A DNA stretch of 64,000 nucleotides from an uncultured delta proteobacterium (GCA_963727625.1 CAVSHR010000008.1:256001-320000), one strand, 5' to 3'; counted from the stretch's first letter, positions 49,723 to 58,991 are shown. Made by a program: numbers and translations. Notes: a model not told the origin generated them from the letters alone.

Positions 49723-49769
49723 TCTTGGAATTTTGCGGATTTTACACGAGACCGCGCCATCTGGGCAAG
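49711..49769. repeat. 59-bp imperfect direct repeat, copy 2
   Basis: GTCGGAAATTAATCTTGGAATTTT... The minus strand has TTGCCC-N18-TAAAAT. Confidence 0.7.
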
Positions 49770-49829
49770 GATGGAAGAATTCGTTTTGACGACGAATACC
49801 GAAGAACAGAAAATATAAGGAGAAAAAGG

Positions 49830-50075
49830 TTATGCGGCGGCGAAATCTGGCGCGTCGTAAAGAACGATCAGCTTGTCCGGTTGGACCGGCAAGATGGCAT
49901 ACGCCCGGCCGTCACGGTCGGCGAACTCGACTTCGCAGGTCCCGTCCATGTAAGTCATAACCACGGTGCCGATTTGCCCGCGATGCAGGAGCAATGGCCG
50001 GCCACTTTCGAAATGCTTTGCTGGCACTTCTTCTAGCAGTGCTACCACGTCGTGCATGTGTAAGTTGCGGTTCAT
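49830..50075 (-). CDS. DUF4926 family protein
   Basis: DVVALLEEVP..RGQIGTVV..CEVEFADRDGRAYA. Confidence 0.8.
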   Translation of the reverse strand: MNRNLHMHDVVALLEEVPAKHFESGRPLLLHRGQIGTVVMTYMDGTCEVEFADRDGRAYAILPVQPDKLIVLYDAPDFAAA

Positions 50076-50307
50076 CGATTACAATCGAATGCGATTCACG
50101 CTTAGGCCAGCCCATACTTTATTCCCGACGAAACTTGGTTCATCGGCTGATCTCTAGTCAGCGTCATCAAATCCACTTTCAGGCGAAGCGAAACTCACGG
50201 GCAGTCATTGCACCGCGGCTCAAACACCGCTTTGGGTTGAACGCAGCGTCGCGTTGGCGATCATCGGTCAACGCCGTGACTGCGGCTCCATTTATTTCTC
50301 GGTTGTC

Positions 50308-50344
50308 TGCCTAAAATATAATCGTGCTGCGTAAATCGTAGGCA
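50308..50344 (+). promoter_or_regulatory. Paired NtrC-like enhancer sites upstream of glnK
   Basis: TGCCTA-N5-TAATCG and TGCGTA-N5-TAGGCA, starting 20 bp apart. Confidence 0.55.
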
Positions 50345-50466
50345 GTCGTTTACGTCGTTTCACTGCGAAAGGAGTCGCGATCTAGTCGAAACTTAGCCGT
50401 AAAAAACTCATAAAATTATGTCGTTAGTCTATGAAGAAGTCGTGAAGAGAAGGGCCTGTGTGGAGC

Positions 50467-50483
50467 GAGGCACGCGCGTTGCT
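50467..50483 (+). promoter_or_regulatory. sigma54 promoter of glnK-amtB
   Basis: AGGCACGCGCGTTGCT gives GG(50469-70)-N10-GC(50481-2). Confidence 0.75.
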
Positions 50484-50529
50484 ATGAGGGTGTTGATCGA
50501 TTTCGAGTGATTGCAATTGAAACGGTTAA

Positions 50530-50892
<363 letters not shown>

Positions 50893-50927
50893 TTTAACCG
50901 AGTTTTCCAAGCGAGGAGGTTTAGAAA

Positions 50928-52436
50928 ATGAATCCAGCAAAGAAGCTGACAGCAGTGCTCTCATTGTCGATTGTTCTAGGTTTATTCCCAATGATCAGCG
51001 CAGTATCGGCCCAAGAGGCGCCGGCAGCGGGAGCGAAGGTAGAGGCGCCGGTGGCGGGAGCTACGGCGCCGGCAGCGGAAGCGAAGAAAGAAGATCCTGG
51101 AGCGGCGCCGGCGCAGTTTACGCAGGGGATGATGGTGCAGCTTGGCGATGCCAAGATAGCGATGGACACGATGTGGACGTTGATTGCCGGCATGCTGGTG
51201 TTTTTCATGAACCTGGGTTTTGCCTGCGTGGAGTCGGGTCTTTGTAGAGCCAAGAACACGGTGACGATCATGGCGAAGAATTTTGTGGTATTCGCCGCTT
51301 CCTCGATCGCCTTTTTAGTTTTGGGCTGGGGATTGATGTTTGGCGACGGCAATTCGCTTTTTGGCACGCAGGGATTGTTGTTTGCGAGCGGGATGGATAA
51401 CAGTCCGGTGATGGGGGATGCCTACAAGGGGGTTTATTCCTCGATCAACTGGACCGGCGTGCCGCTGTGGACGAAGTTTTTCTTTCAGTTGGTATTTGCC
51501 GGCACGGCGGCAACGATTGTTTCCGGAGCGGTTGCGGAAAGAATCAAATTTGGCTCGTTCTATATTTTCAGTTTCTTGATGGTCGGGATTATCTACCCGA
51601 TAACCGGTCACTGGATTTGGGGCGGGGGTTGGGCGGCCAAGCTCGGCATGTTCGACTTTGCCGGTTCCACGGTGGTGCATTCGGTGGGCGGCTGGGCGGC
51701 GTTGGCCGGAGCTATGGTTTTGGGTCCACGCATTGGCAAATTTAGCAAAGACGGCAAGGCGCTTCCCCTTCCAGGGCATAGCATCGCTATGGCGACGATC
51801 GGCGTGTTCGTGCTGTGGTTTGGCTGGTTTGGGTTTAACCCCGGCAGCACAATGGCGGCGGACGCCGGAGCGATCGGGCGGATTGCAGTGGCGACCAATA
51901 CCGCAGCGGCTGCGGCAGCGATCGCGGCATCGATCACGGCCTGGATGCTTTTGGGCAAGCCGGATCTGACGATGATACTCAATGGTGCCTTGGCCGGGCT
52001 GGTGGCGATCACGGCGCCCTGCGCGTTTGTGAGCATACCGAGCTCGTTGATTATCGGTTTGATCGCCGGCGTGCTGGTAGTCCTTTCGGTTTTATTCTTT
52101 GACAAGGTGAAGATTGACGATCCAGTGGGGGCGGTCTCGGTGCACTTGGTGTGCGGCGTATTGGGTACGCTGTGCGTGGGGTTGTTTGCGCAGGATCAGT
52201 TTACCCCTGGGACCACGGGCAACGGGTTGTTCTTTGGCGGCGGCGCCGGGCTGTTGATGGCGCAGCTGGCCGGAATAATCGGCGTGGGAGCTTTTGTCTT
52301 CGTGGTGTCGTTGATCTTTTGGAAGATTCTCCAGGCTACTATCGGCATTCGCGTGGCGGCCGAAGAGGAGATCGAAGGCCTCGATGTCGGCGAGCATGGT
52401 AACGTCGCTTACCCCGATTTCGTGGGGCGCTCGTAA
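50928..52436 (+). CDS. amtB: Ammonium transporter
   Basis: FFQLVFA, SGAVAER, DFAGSTVVH, WFGFNPGS, DDPVGAVSVH and GLD..EHG..AYP. Confidence 0.95.
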   Translation: MNPAKKLTAVLSLSIVLGLFPMISAVSAQEAPAAGAKVEAPVAGATAPAAEAKKEDPGAAPAQFTQGMMVQLGDAKIAMDTMWTLIAGMLVFFMNLGFACVESGLCRAKNTVTIMAKNFVVFAASSIAFLVLGWGLMFGDGNSLFGTQGLLFASGMDNSPVMGDAYKGVYSSINWTGVPLWTKFFFQLVFAGTAATIVSGAVAERIKFGSFYIFSFLMVGIIYPITGHWIWGGGWAAKLGMFDFAGSTVVHSVGGWAALAGAMVLGPRIGKFSKDGKALPLPGHSIAMATIGVFVLWFGWFGFNPGSTMAADAGAIGRIAVATNTAAAAAAIAASITAWMLLGKPDLTMILNGALAGLVAITAPCAFVSIPSSLIIGLIAGVLVVLSVLFFDKVKIDDPVGAVSVHLVCGVLGTLCVGLFAQDQFTPGTTGNGLFFGGGAGLLMAQLAGIIGVGAFVFVVSLIFWKILQATIGIRVAAEEEIEGLDVGEHGNVAYPDFVGRS

Positions 52437-52460
52437 CATAACAATTCAACTCAGCCAAAT

Positions 52461-52500
52461 GGGGAGCAGGGGGTACGATCATCCTGCTCCCTTTAGTTTT
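52461..52500 (+). terminator. Intrinsic terminator after amtB
   Basis: GGGAGCAGG / CCTGCTCCC stem followed by TTTAGTTTT. Confidence 0.65.
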
Positions 52501-52685
52501 ATTCCGCCGCCGCAGTGTTTTCCTTTCGGCCGTCGGTCCGGCGGGCTCGGAGAGAGATTGGCAGGGGCATTTGATTGTTGGCAATCCCGAGGTGTAATCC
52601 CGCGCAGGGTTAAGCAAATCGGCTCGCTCATTTGAAACAAAATCTTATCTATATCTGGTTCTAAGGTTGGCGGTCTGACCACGTG

Positions 52686-52772
52686 ATACGGGTCAGCAAA
52701 GAGACTGAGATCGAAGGCCTCGACTGGCCGGAAATGGGCACACTCGGCTATCCGAATTTCCAACTTCACTGA
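52686..52772 (+). pseudogene. C-terminal remnant of a second Amt gene
   Basis: It translates IRVSKETEIEGLDWPEMGTLGYPNFQLH*, matching the amtB end IRVAAEEEIEGLDVGEHGNVAYPDF. Confidence 0.75.
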
Positions 52773-52927
52773 GGCCTGAAAATCGTTCGGTAACCCAACT
52801 ATAGCGACCCGTATTTGGAGCGGTGTGGCTCGCCGTCAGCCATTTTCCGGCATAAAACTTCAACGCTACATTCAACGACCGACTTCTAGACGTAGCTCTT
52901 AATTGTTCTGATGAGCGCCAGACAGAC

Positions 52928-52964
52928 TGCATGGATTTTAGGCTGGGCGCTTATTTGCTGAGCA
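52928..52964 (+). promoter_or_regulatory. Paired NtrC-like enhancer sites upstream of the glnA promoter
   Basis: TGCATG-N5-TAGGCT and CGCTTA-N5-TGAGCA, starting 20 bp apart. Confidence 0.5.
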
Positions 52965-53057
52965 GCTTTTGTGCACCGATGGCGTCTCATTTTGACAGTC
53001 TTTGTAAATTCCTCATTGTTTTTGAACCCTATAATCAGCCGACCATGAATCAATGCC

Positions 53058-53074
53058 ATGGCATTGCACTTGCT
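53058..53074 (+). promoter_or_regulatory. sigma54 promoter upstream of glnA
   Basis: TGGCATTGCACTTGCT gives GG(53060-1)-N10-GC(53072-3). Confidence 0.8.
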
Positions 53075-53161
53075 CCCAAGAATTTAAATTAGGGAGGGCA
53101 TGGTGCATCCTGCCGAGGATCCTGTTCAGATAGCTTCCATCTAAGCGTGAGGGATGTGACT

Positions 53162-53226
53162 GTGCGGCTTTTCAAGTTGGACGAGTCGAAGCAGGTGCTT
53201 AACCGGACCGGTATCAAGAAATGACG
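53162..53226 (+). pseudogene. Eroded P-II (glnB) remnant in the glnA leader
   Basis: VRLFKLDESKQVLNRTGIKK*/MT compares with [25 protein letters not shown]. The DNA TTCAAGTTGGAYGAG is shared with glnK. Confidence 0.6.
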
Positions 53227-53456
53227 GGGCGGTAGTCGTGTGTCGCGCGATCGCCGCGCGGTGAGCGAACGGATTTCACGACGACAGTGTAAGAAAAATG
53301 GCTTTGACGCACAACCGAGTTAAGGAAGCGCCGACAGCCGCCTCTATCACATTTATTTGTTTGAGATCGCCAGTTGGTGCGTGGCTCGACGAAAATTAAG
53401 TCTATGCAAACAACAATCAACTCAAGAACAAATTAATCAGGGAGGTCAATAAAAAT

Positions 53457-54869
53457 ATGTCAGTCAAAGACGCCTTAGAGATGGCGAAGAAGAACAAAGC
53501 GGAGATCGTGGATTTGAAGTTTATCGACGTGCCGGGATTGTGGCAGCATTTTTCGATACCGGCCACGGAGTTAAGCGCGGATATCTTCGAGCAAGGGTTG
53601 GGGTTTGACGGATCGAGCATTCGGGGATTTCAGTCGATCAACGAATCGGACATGATATTGCTGCCCGACCCCGACAGCGCGATGATGGACCCGTTCACCG
53701 AGCACTCCACGATCAGCTTTATCTGCAACGTCCTGGACGCCATCACGCGCGAGCCCTACAGCAGGGATCCCCGCTACATCACCCAGAAAGCCGAGAAGTA
53801 TTTAAAGTCGAGCGGGATAGCCGACATCAGCTACTGGGGGCCCGAGATCGAGTTTTTTATATTCGACAGCGTGCGGTTCGACCAGAACCAGCACGAAGGG
53901 TACTACCACGTCGACTCCGAAGAAGCCTTTTGGAACTCCGGCAAAGAAGGAATCAATCTGGGAAACAAGATTCGCTACAAAGAAGGGTATTTCCCGGTCC
54001 CGCCCATGGACCAGTACCAGGATCTAAGATCCGAAATGGTATTGAACCTGCAGAAATGCGGGATCACGGTCGAAGTGCACCACCATGAGGTCGCCACCGG
54101 CGGGCAGACCGAGATCGACATGCGCTTTGACACCATGACCAAGATGGCCGACAAGGTGCTGCTGTATAAGTACGTGGTCAAGAACACGGCCAGGAAAAGA
54201 GGCAAGGTGGTCACGGTCATGCCCAAGCCCCTGTTTCAAGACAACGGCTCGGGCATGCACTGCCACCAGAGCCTGTGGAAAACCGGCAAGAATATCTTCT
54301 ACGACAAGAAGGGCTACGGGCTGATCAGCGACACGGCGAGATACTACATCGGCGGGCTGATCAAGCACGCCCACGCGCTGTGCGCCTTTATCGCCCCCAC
54401 GACTAATTCTTACCGGAGACTGGTGCCGGGCTACGAAGCGCCGATTAACTTGGTTTATTCGGCCAGAAACCGAAGCGCCTGCGTGAGAATCCCGATGTAC
54501 TCCACCAGCGAGAAGGCCAAGCGGCTGGAGTTTAGGACCCCCGACCCCAGCGCCAACCCGTACTTTGCCTTCCCGGCCATGCTGATGGCGGGACTGGACG
54601 GGATCCGCAACAAGACCGAGCCGCCCAAGCCGATCGACAAGAACTTGTATGAGTTGGAGCCCGAAGAGGCGGCCAAGGTGAAGTCGATGCCGGGGTCTCT
54701 GGATCAAGCGCTTGATGCCTTGGAGAAGGACCATGACTTCTTGCTCAAGGGGGATGTGTTTACCAAGGACGTGATCGAGACCTGGCTGGAGTACAAGAGA
54801 AAGCACGAAGTGGACCCCATCCGGCTCCGACCCCACCCCTGGGAGTTCGCTCTGTATTTCGATATCTGA
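53457..54869 (+). CDS. glnA: Glutamine synthetase type I
   Basis: [36 protein letters not shown] and adenylylation-site motif NLYEL. Confidence 0.97.
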   Translation: MSVKDALEMAKKNKAEIVDLKFIDVPGLWQHFSIPATELSADIFEQGLGFDGSSIRGFQSINESDMILLPDPDSAMMDPFTEHSTISFICNVLDAITREPYSRDPRYITQKAEKYLKSSGIADISYWGPEIEFFIFDSVRFDQNQHEGYYHVDSEEAFWNSGKEGINLGNKIRYKEGYFPVPPMDQYQDLRSEMVLNLQKCGITVEVHHHEVATGGQTEIDMRFDTMTKMADKVLLYKYVVKNTARKRGKVVTVMPKPLFQDNGSGMHCHQSLWKTGKNIFYDKKGYGLISDTARYYIGGLIKHAHALCAFIAPTTNSYRRLVPGYEAPINLVYSARNRSACVRIPMYSTSEKAKRLEFRTPDPSANPYFAFPAMLMAGLDGIRNKTEPPKPIDKNLYELEPEEAAKVKSMPGSLDQALDALEKDHDFLLKGDVFTKDVIETWLEYKRKHEVDPIRLRPHPWEFALYFDI

Positions 54870-54870
54870 T

Positions 54871-54934
54871 CAGGACTGAGGGCTGAGGAAAATGACGAAG
54901 CTATTTGCTCGCGAGATTCCCAGCCCTCATCCTG
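54871..54934. repeat. Imperfect inverted repeat between glnA and the GATase gene
   Basis: CAGGACTGAGGGCTG ... CAGCCCTCATCCTG, with no U-tract. Confidence 0.5.
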
Positions 54935-54964
54935 CGTTACTCATCAATTTTGGTGAGGGGCTGT

Positions 54965-55711
54965 ATGGAAGAGGTACTGGTATTTCAGCATGATCCTTTT
55001 GAGGATCTTGGCTTCTTTGCCGAGGTCCTGGAAAAACAAAGAGCCGATTTCCGGGTCGTGCGTCTATTCCATGGCGAGATGCCGAACGAAGAGTGGGAAA
55101 ATGTCAGCGCGTTGATTGTTCTCGGCGGTCCGATGAGTGTGGATGAGGAAGAACGTTTTTCTTTTCTGCGCTGGGAAAAAAGGATCATTCGGGCGGCGAT
55201 CGACGAAGCAGTGCCCATTCTCGGCGTTTGCCTCGGTGCGCAGTTGATTGCGGCGACATTGGGCACGCCGGTGTTTCATGGCGCGGTCAAGGAGATCGGC
55301 TGGAGCCCAATTTCGATCACACCCCATGGGCAGGTGGATTCGCTGCTGGGCTATCTGCCGGAGAACGCCACGGTGTTTCAGTGGCATGGCGATGGTTTCG
55401 ATTTGCCGGCGGGCGCGATTCGGTTGGCTACTTCGGCGCATTACAACACCCAGGCTTTTCGCGTCGGCAAAATGATTTACGGACTGCAGTTTCATCTCGA
55501 GGTGACGCCCAGGATGATCGAGCGATGGATCGGTGAACGATCGAAGGATTTGGCGCTGGCGCCTTATGTGCTGCCCGACAAGATTCTCGCCGACTCGAAC
55601 AACTACGCGCCCACGTTGAAGTACTACGCGGAGCGGTTTCTGTCGGAATTTTTGCGCCGGAGCTACCGTTCGCGCGGCGGTAAATCGGACGCAAGACAGG
55701 CAAGCGAATGA
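54965..55711 (+). CDS. Class I glutamine amidotransferase-like protein
   Basis: LGGPMS, GVCLGAQ (Cys), WHGD and LQFHLE (His-Glu). Confidence 0.88.
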   Translation: MEEVLVFQHDPFEDLGFFAEVLEKQRADFRVVRLFHGEMPNEEWENVSALIVLGGPMSVDEEERFSFLRWEKRIIRAAIDEAVPILGVCLGAQLIAATLGTPVFHGAVKEIGWSPISITPHGQVDSLLGYLPENATVFQWHGDGFDLPAGAIRLATSAHYNTQAFRVGKMIYGLQFHLEVTPRMIERWIGERSKDLALAPYVLPDKILADSNNYAPTLKYYAERFLSEFLRRSYRSRGGKSDARQASE

Positions 55712-56295
55712 AAAGGGTCCTGGTCATAGATGACCATGAGCTTTCGCGCCGTCATCTCGTTTCTATTCTATCCGAGGGCGGGTATGAGATTGCCGGTGAA
55801 GGGGTGAGCGGGAAAATCGCTCTTCCGCTGGCGCGCACGGCCGGTCCGGATGTCATTTTGATGGCCGTTGGCCTGCCGGATATTGACGGCATCGACGCTT
55901 CGCGCGACATGATGCAGTCCTACCCGGTGCCCATCGTTCTAACGACCAGCCACTACGACGCCGCCACCATCGAGCGCGCCAAACTCGCCGGCGTGATGGC
56001 CTATTTGGTCAAGCCGCTGAGGGCCGAAGAGCTCCATCCGGCCATCGAGTTGGCGATCACGCGCTTTCAGGAATTCGTCGCGCTAAGGGAAGAAAATTCC
56101 ACGCTCAAGGAAACTCTTGAGGCGCGCAAACAAATCGAGCGCGCCAAAGGCTTGTTGATGCAACAGCGAGGCATGTCCGAAGAGCAAGCGTATACGCTGA
56201 TCAAGAAAACCAGCATGAACCTGCGCAAGCCGATGGCTGAGGTTGCTCAAGCGATCATTTTGGCCGGTGGCATTTTTCGCAATGATAAAACTTGA
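55708..56295 (+). CDS. Receiver-ANTAR RNA-binding antiterminator (NasT/AmiR/PdtaR-like) lacking the phospho-acceptor Asp
   Basis: Receiver IDD..PDVILMAVGLP..VKP and ANTAR RKQIERAKGLLM..SEEQAY..SMN. It has an ATGA overlap with the GATase. Confidence 0.9.
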   Translation: MKRVLVIDDHELSRRHLVSILSEGGYEIAGEGVSGKIALPLARTAGPDVILMAVGLPDIDGIDASRDMMQSYPVPIVLTTSHYDAATIERAKLAGVMAYLVKPLRAEELHPAIELAITRFQEFVALREENSTLKETLEARKQIERAKGLLMQQRGMSEEQAYTLIKKTSMNLRKPMAEVAQAIILAGGIFRNDKT

Positions 56296-56316
56296 CGTTT
56301 TAAGCATGTGGTAAGC

Positions 56317-56355
56317 TGCTGGCTCTCTAGGCAGGTTCTGACTTCAGCCTAGGCA
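56317..56355 (+). promoter_or_regulatory. Paired NtrC-like enhancer sites
   Basis: TGCTGG-N5-TAGGCA and TGACTT-N5-TAGGCA. Confidence 0.5.
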
Positions 56356-56413
56356 GTCCACAAGCCGATTAGCAAAACTCATGAAAATAACGTCGATTTT
56401 TCTCTCTTTAGAC

Positions 56414-56430
56414 ATGGCATAGCGATTGCT
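56414..56430 (+). promoter_or_regulatory. sigma54 promoter
   Basis: TGGCATAGCGATTGCT gives GG(56416-7)-N10-GC(56428-9). Confidence 0.8.
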
Positions 56431-56440
56431 GTTTTAAACC

Positions 56441-56511
56441 AACGTAGGCAACGACGCCTGCGTTGAGCAAAGGCGCTCATCGGGAATCCGATTGAGTGCC
56501 TTTTTTATTTT
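56441..56511 (+). ncRNA. ANTAR-binding dual-hairpin leader with overlapping intrinsic terminator
   Basis: P1 is AACGUAGGC-AACGAC-GCCUGCGUU and P2 is UGAGC-AAAGGC-GCUCA (hexaloops with A1 and G4). The terminator is AAAGGCGCUCAUCGG-GAAU-CCGAUUGAGUGCCUUU-UUUAUUUU. Confidence 0.85.
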
Positions 56512-56528
56512 GGGCTAAGGAGGTTGGC

Positions 56529-56729
56529 ATGGCCAGGCTGCAGGCAAAGAGCATAACCGGAAAAATTTTCGACAATATCTTATTTCTTGAGGAGGTTTTT
56601 GGGGATCAGGCTGAGCAGGATATCCCCAAGTTGCCGGTTCTGGAAATGGCGCGCTGCTTCGACCTGGAAAGCCCGAGGGTTAGCCGTAACGGCCGACGAC
56701 GGAACAAGGCGTGGCCGCTGTGGAAATAA
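56529..56729 (+). CDS. Small hypothetical protein, first gene after the ANTAR leader
   Basis: A perfect RBS TAAGGAGG lies before ATG 56529. The protein is 66 aa. Confidence 0.55.
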   Translation: MARLQAKSITGKIFDNILFLEEVFGDQAEQDIPKLPVLEMARCFDLESPRVSRNGRRRNKAWPLWK

Positions 56730-56735
56730 ATTCAA

Positions 56736-57077
56736 TTGAACTACCGAGTCAGCGAGCTGGTGGGGTGGTTCGTTATCAAACCGTCCGGGCGGGCGGAGAA
56801 CAACGAGCCGCTCCGAGTTCGACATTTGTTTCGCCGCTGGTTATCGCGCGAGGGCGTGGGCGTGATTATCGATTTGCAGGGACTGGACCAGTTGGGTGTT
56901 TGGGAAGTCGGTTTGCTGACTTCGTTCAAAAGAGAAATCGATCAACGCTCCGGTGTCCTGCGCATCTGCAATCTAGATCGAAAATTGCATGGCTATTTTC
57001 AAAACGACCGGTTCGCCGGTCAATTCGAGATCTATGAGGACATGGAAAGCGCGCTGGCGGGTAAGAGGAATAGATAG
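56736..57077 (+). CDS. STAS domain protein (anti-sigma-factor antagonist-like)
   Basis: VIIDLQGLDQL..GLL..LRICNL..FEIYEDMESAL. Confidence 0.7.
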   Translation: MNYRVSELVGWFVIKPSGRAENNEPLRVRHLFRRWLSREGVGVIIDLQGLDQLGVWEVGLLTSFKREIDQRSGVLRICNLDRKLHGYFQNDRFAGQFEIYEDMESALAGKRNR

Positions 57078-57854
57078 ATGGGCAAGGACTTAGAGGCAGT
57101 CACCGAGCTCCAAGCGAGAATTTATCAGATCCGCGGGCTCAAAGGCAGCAGCCATAGTTATGTTATCAAAGGCGATTACATGAACGTCATGATCGATTCG
57201 GGATCGGATCAGAACTTTCCGGTCTTGGAGCGTGGCTTGCGCCAGATCGGCCTCAAGGTGCGCGATATCAATCTGATTATCAACTCCCATGAACATTGCG
57301 ACCACATCGGCGCCAATCGCTACTTTCAAGAATGCTCGATGATCGCGGCGTATCGGCTGGCGGCGGCGAAGATGATCACCGGCGACTACTACGTCACCAT
57401 GTATACGAGCAATGACCTCAACGAAATGCCGATGCGCGTGCATCTATGGCTCGAGAACATGACCCGGATCGATCTTGGCAATTATACGTTGCGCGTGTTT
57501 CATACGCCGGGGCATACCTCGGGTTGTATCTCGATCATCGAAACTACCCGCGGCCTGTTATTTTCCGCCGACAGCGTTTTCGCCGGCGGCACGCTTTCGT
57601 ACATCGCCGAATCGGGCAGCATCGGCGACTACCTCGATTCCTTGGCGCGGCTGCGCTGTTTCGATTTGCGCGCGTTGTACCCGGGACACGGCAAGATTTC
57701 TGCGACACCGATCAGCGACATCGATCAAGCGATTCAGAACGCGCAACGGGTGCTCAAGCGACCGAGCGAAGCCGGGCCGCAGATTTTCTTTCAGAAACAA
57801 GTGGCGGATTGCGTTGCCGGCGCGCGGGTCGGGCATGACGCTCGAGGGTTGTGA
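57078..57854 (+). CDS. Metallo-beta-lactamase fold hydrolase
   Basis: HEHCDHIG (HxHxDH), TPGHTSG, FSADS and PGHG. Confidence 0.88.
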   Translation: MGKDLEAVTELQARIYQIRGLKGSSHSYVIKGDYMNVMIDSGSDQNFPVLERGLRQIGLKVRDINLIINSHEHCDHIGANRYFQECSMIAAYRLAAAKMITGDYYVTMYTSNDLNEMPMRVHLWLENMTRIDLGNYTLRVFHTPGHTSGCISIIETTRGLLFSADSVFAGGTLSYIAESGSIGDYLDSLARLRCFDLRALYPGHGKISATPISDIDQAIQNAQRVLKRPSEAGPQIFFQKQVADCVAGARVGHDARGL

Positions 57855-57889
57855 CCGTGATGACGTAGAGACAGATTTGGGGAGGCACA

Positions 57890-58347
57890 ATGAATTCACT
57901 TTCTGACAATGTGGCGAGCGCCGGTTCGGGAGGGTTGAATGTTGAGCTCCTGGAGTCGAGCTTTAAGATGCTCGCGCCACGCACTCAAGAGTTCGTCGGG
58001 GCATTTTACGAAAGGCTTTTTACCGCCTACCCCGAGATACGGCGCTTTTTGCCGATACCGACATGGGGGAACAGCGAAAAAAGCCGGTTTCGGCCCTGGT
58101 TCTCGTCGTGGAGAACTTGCACCAACCGGACGCTTTGACCGGCGCGTTGAGCGCTCTGGTGTAGAAGCATCAAAGCTACGGCATCGGTCCAAAGTACTAT
58201 CCGATGGTCGGCGATGCGCTGCTCAAGACCATGAGTCTATTTCTCGCGGAACATTGGACGCCCGAGACCGAGCAGGCCTGAACCCAGGCCTATGGAGTGA
58301 TCACCCAAGCGATGTTGTCCGGCTACGTCGCGCCGCATGAACCTTAA
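57890..58347 (+). pseudogene. Globin (flavohemoglobin-type globin domain) pseudogene
   Basis: LLESSF..FYERLFTAYPEI, then a frameshift at ~58046-58050. It continues DMGEQRKK..L*KHQSYG..YPMVGDALL..WTPETEQA*TQAY with two in-frame stops. Confidence 0.8.
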
Positions 58348-58861
58348 GCATTGGGGAATCGCGATAGGTGCCGTCAGGACGTTGTCGCTAAGCATGGCAT
58401 TTATGCTGGACCGCCGTGGAGTATTTCTGCCGGGGCGCACTTCAGACGGCCATCATACCATCGAGCAGGCATGCAATTCCTGCCATGTCGCCTTTGGTGG
58501 CGTGCCCAACAAAAATTGCAGCGGCTGCCACGCGGCGGGAATTTTGATGGGGCTTCGAAATCTGCCGAAAATCACCAGCGAGTTGTTAACTAGCGGCTGC
58601 GATCCGAAGCGTCCCGCCGCACTCATTCAATTGGGCAGATTGGCGGTACAAAAAACCTCCATGGGCAACGTCGGGAGCATAGCCGACTTGGCGAGGGCGG
58701 AAAAATTCCGTTCGCCGACGGTCATCGTCATCGGCCAAGTGGCAAACTTCGCCCGGCAAATAGCCTGGTTTCACGAATTGCGTCAGGACGGATCAAGTTC
58801 CCTCGCAAACATCCCGGCAGAACAATTAAAGCAACGTATCGTCCAAGAACTGACCAACTAA
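58337..58861 (+). pseudogene. Deletion chimera: multiheme cytochrome c N-terminus fused to a uroporphyrinogen-III C-methyltransferase (CobA/CysG) C-terminus
   Basis: FLPGRTSDGHH..CNSCH..CSGCH, then ILMGLRNLPKI..PAALIQ.G...SPTVIVIGQV..IAWF. The junction is at ~58535-58541. Confidence 0.7.
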
Positions 58862-58871
58862 AATTGGCAAC

Positions 58872-58909
58872 TGCACAGAAATGCAACAGAGCTGGTTAAT
58901 TTCTGGGCA
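58872..58909 (+). promoter_or_regulatory. Paired NtrC-like enhancer sites upstream of the porin
   Basis: TGCACA-N5-GCAACA and TGGTTA-N5-TGGGCA. Confidence 0.4.
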
Positions 58910-58991
58910 GCAAACGCGTGTTACTGCGAGTGTGTTTTGGTAAATTTGCTTTACTTTCAAAGGGATGAAAGCTGTAGTTTTTCATTTGCCG

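Noticed and set aside
42175-50075. Defence island as an integrative mobile element
   Set aside because: I found no integrase, transposase, tRNA target or terminal att pair, so it is treated as a variable hotspot only.
54024-54836. Long antisense ORFs (e.g. opposite glnA, FTR1, tctC)
   Set aside because: These are shadow ORFs expected from high GC3 codon bias on the coding strand, with no motifs.
58278-58282. In-frame TGA in the globin as selenocysteine
   Set aside because: The position corresponds to the conserved Trp of AW..AY (TGG to TGA), and the gene also has a frameshift and a TAG. This is ordinary decay.
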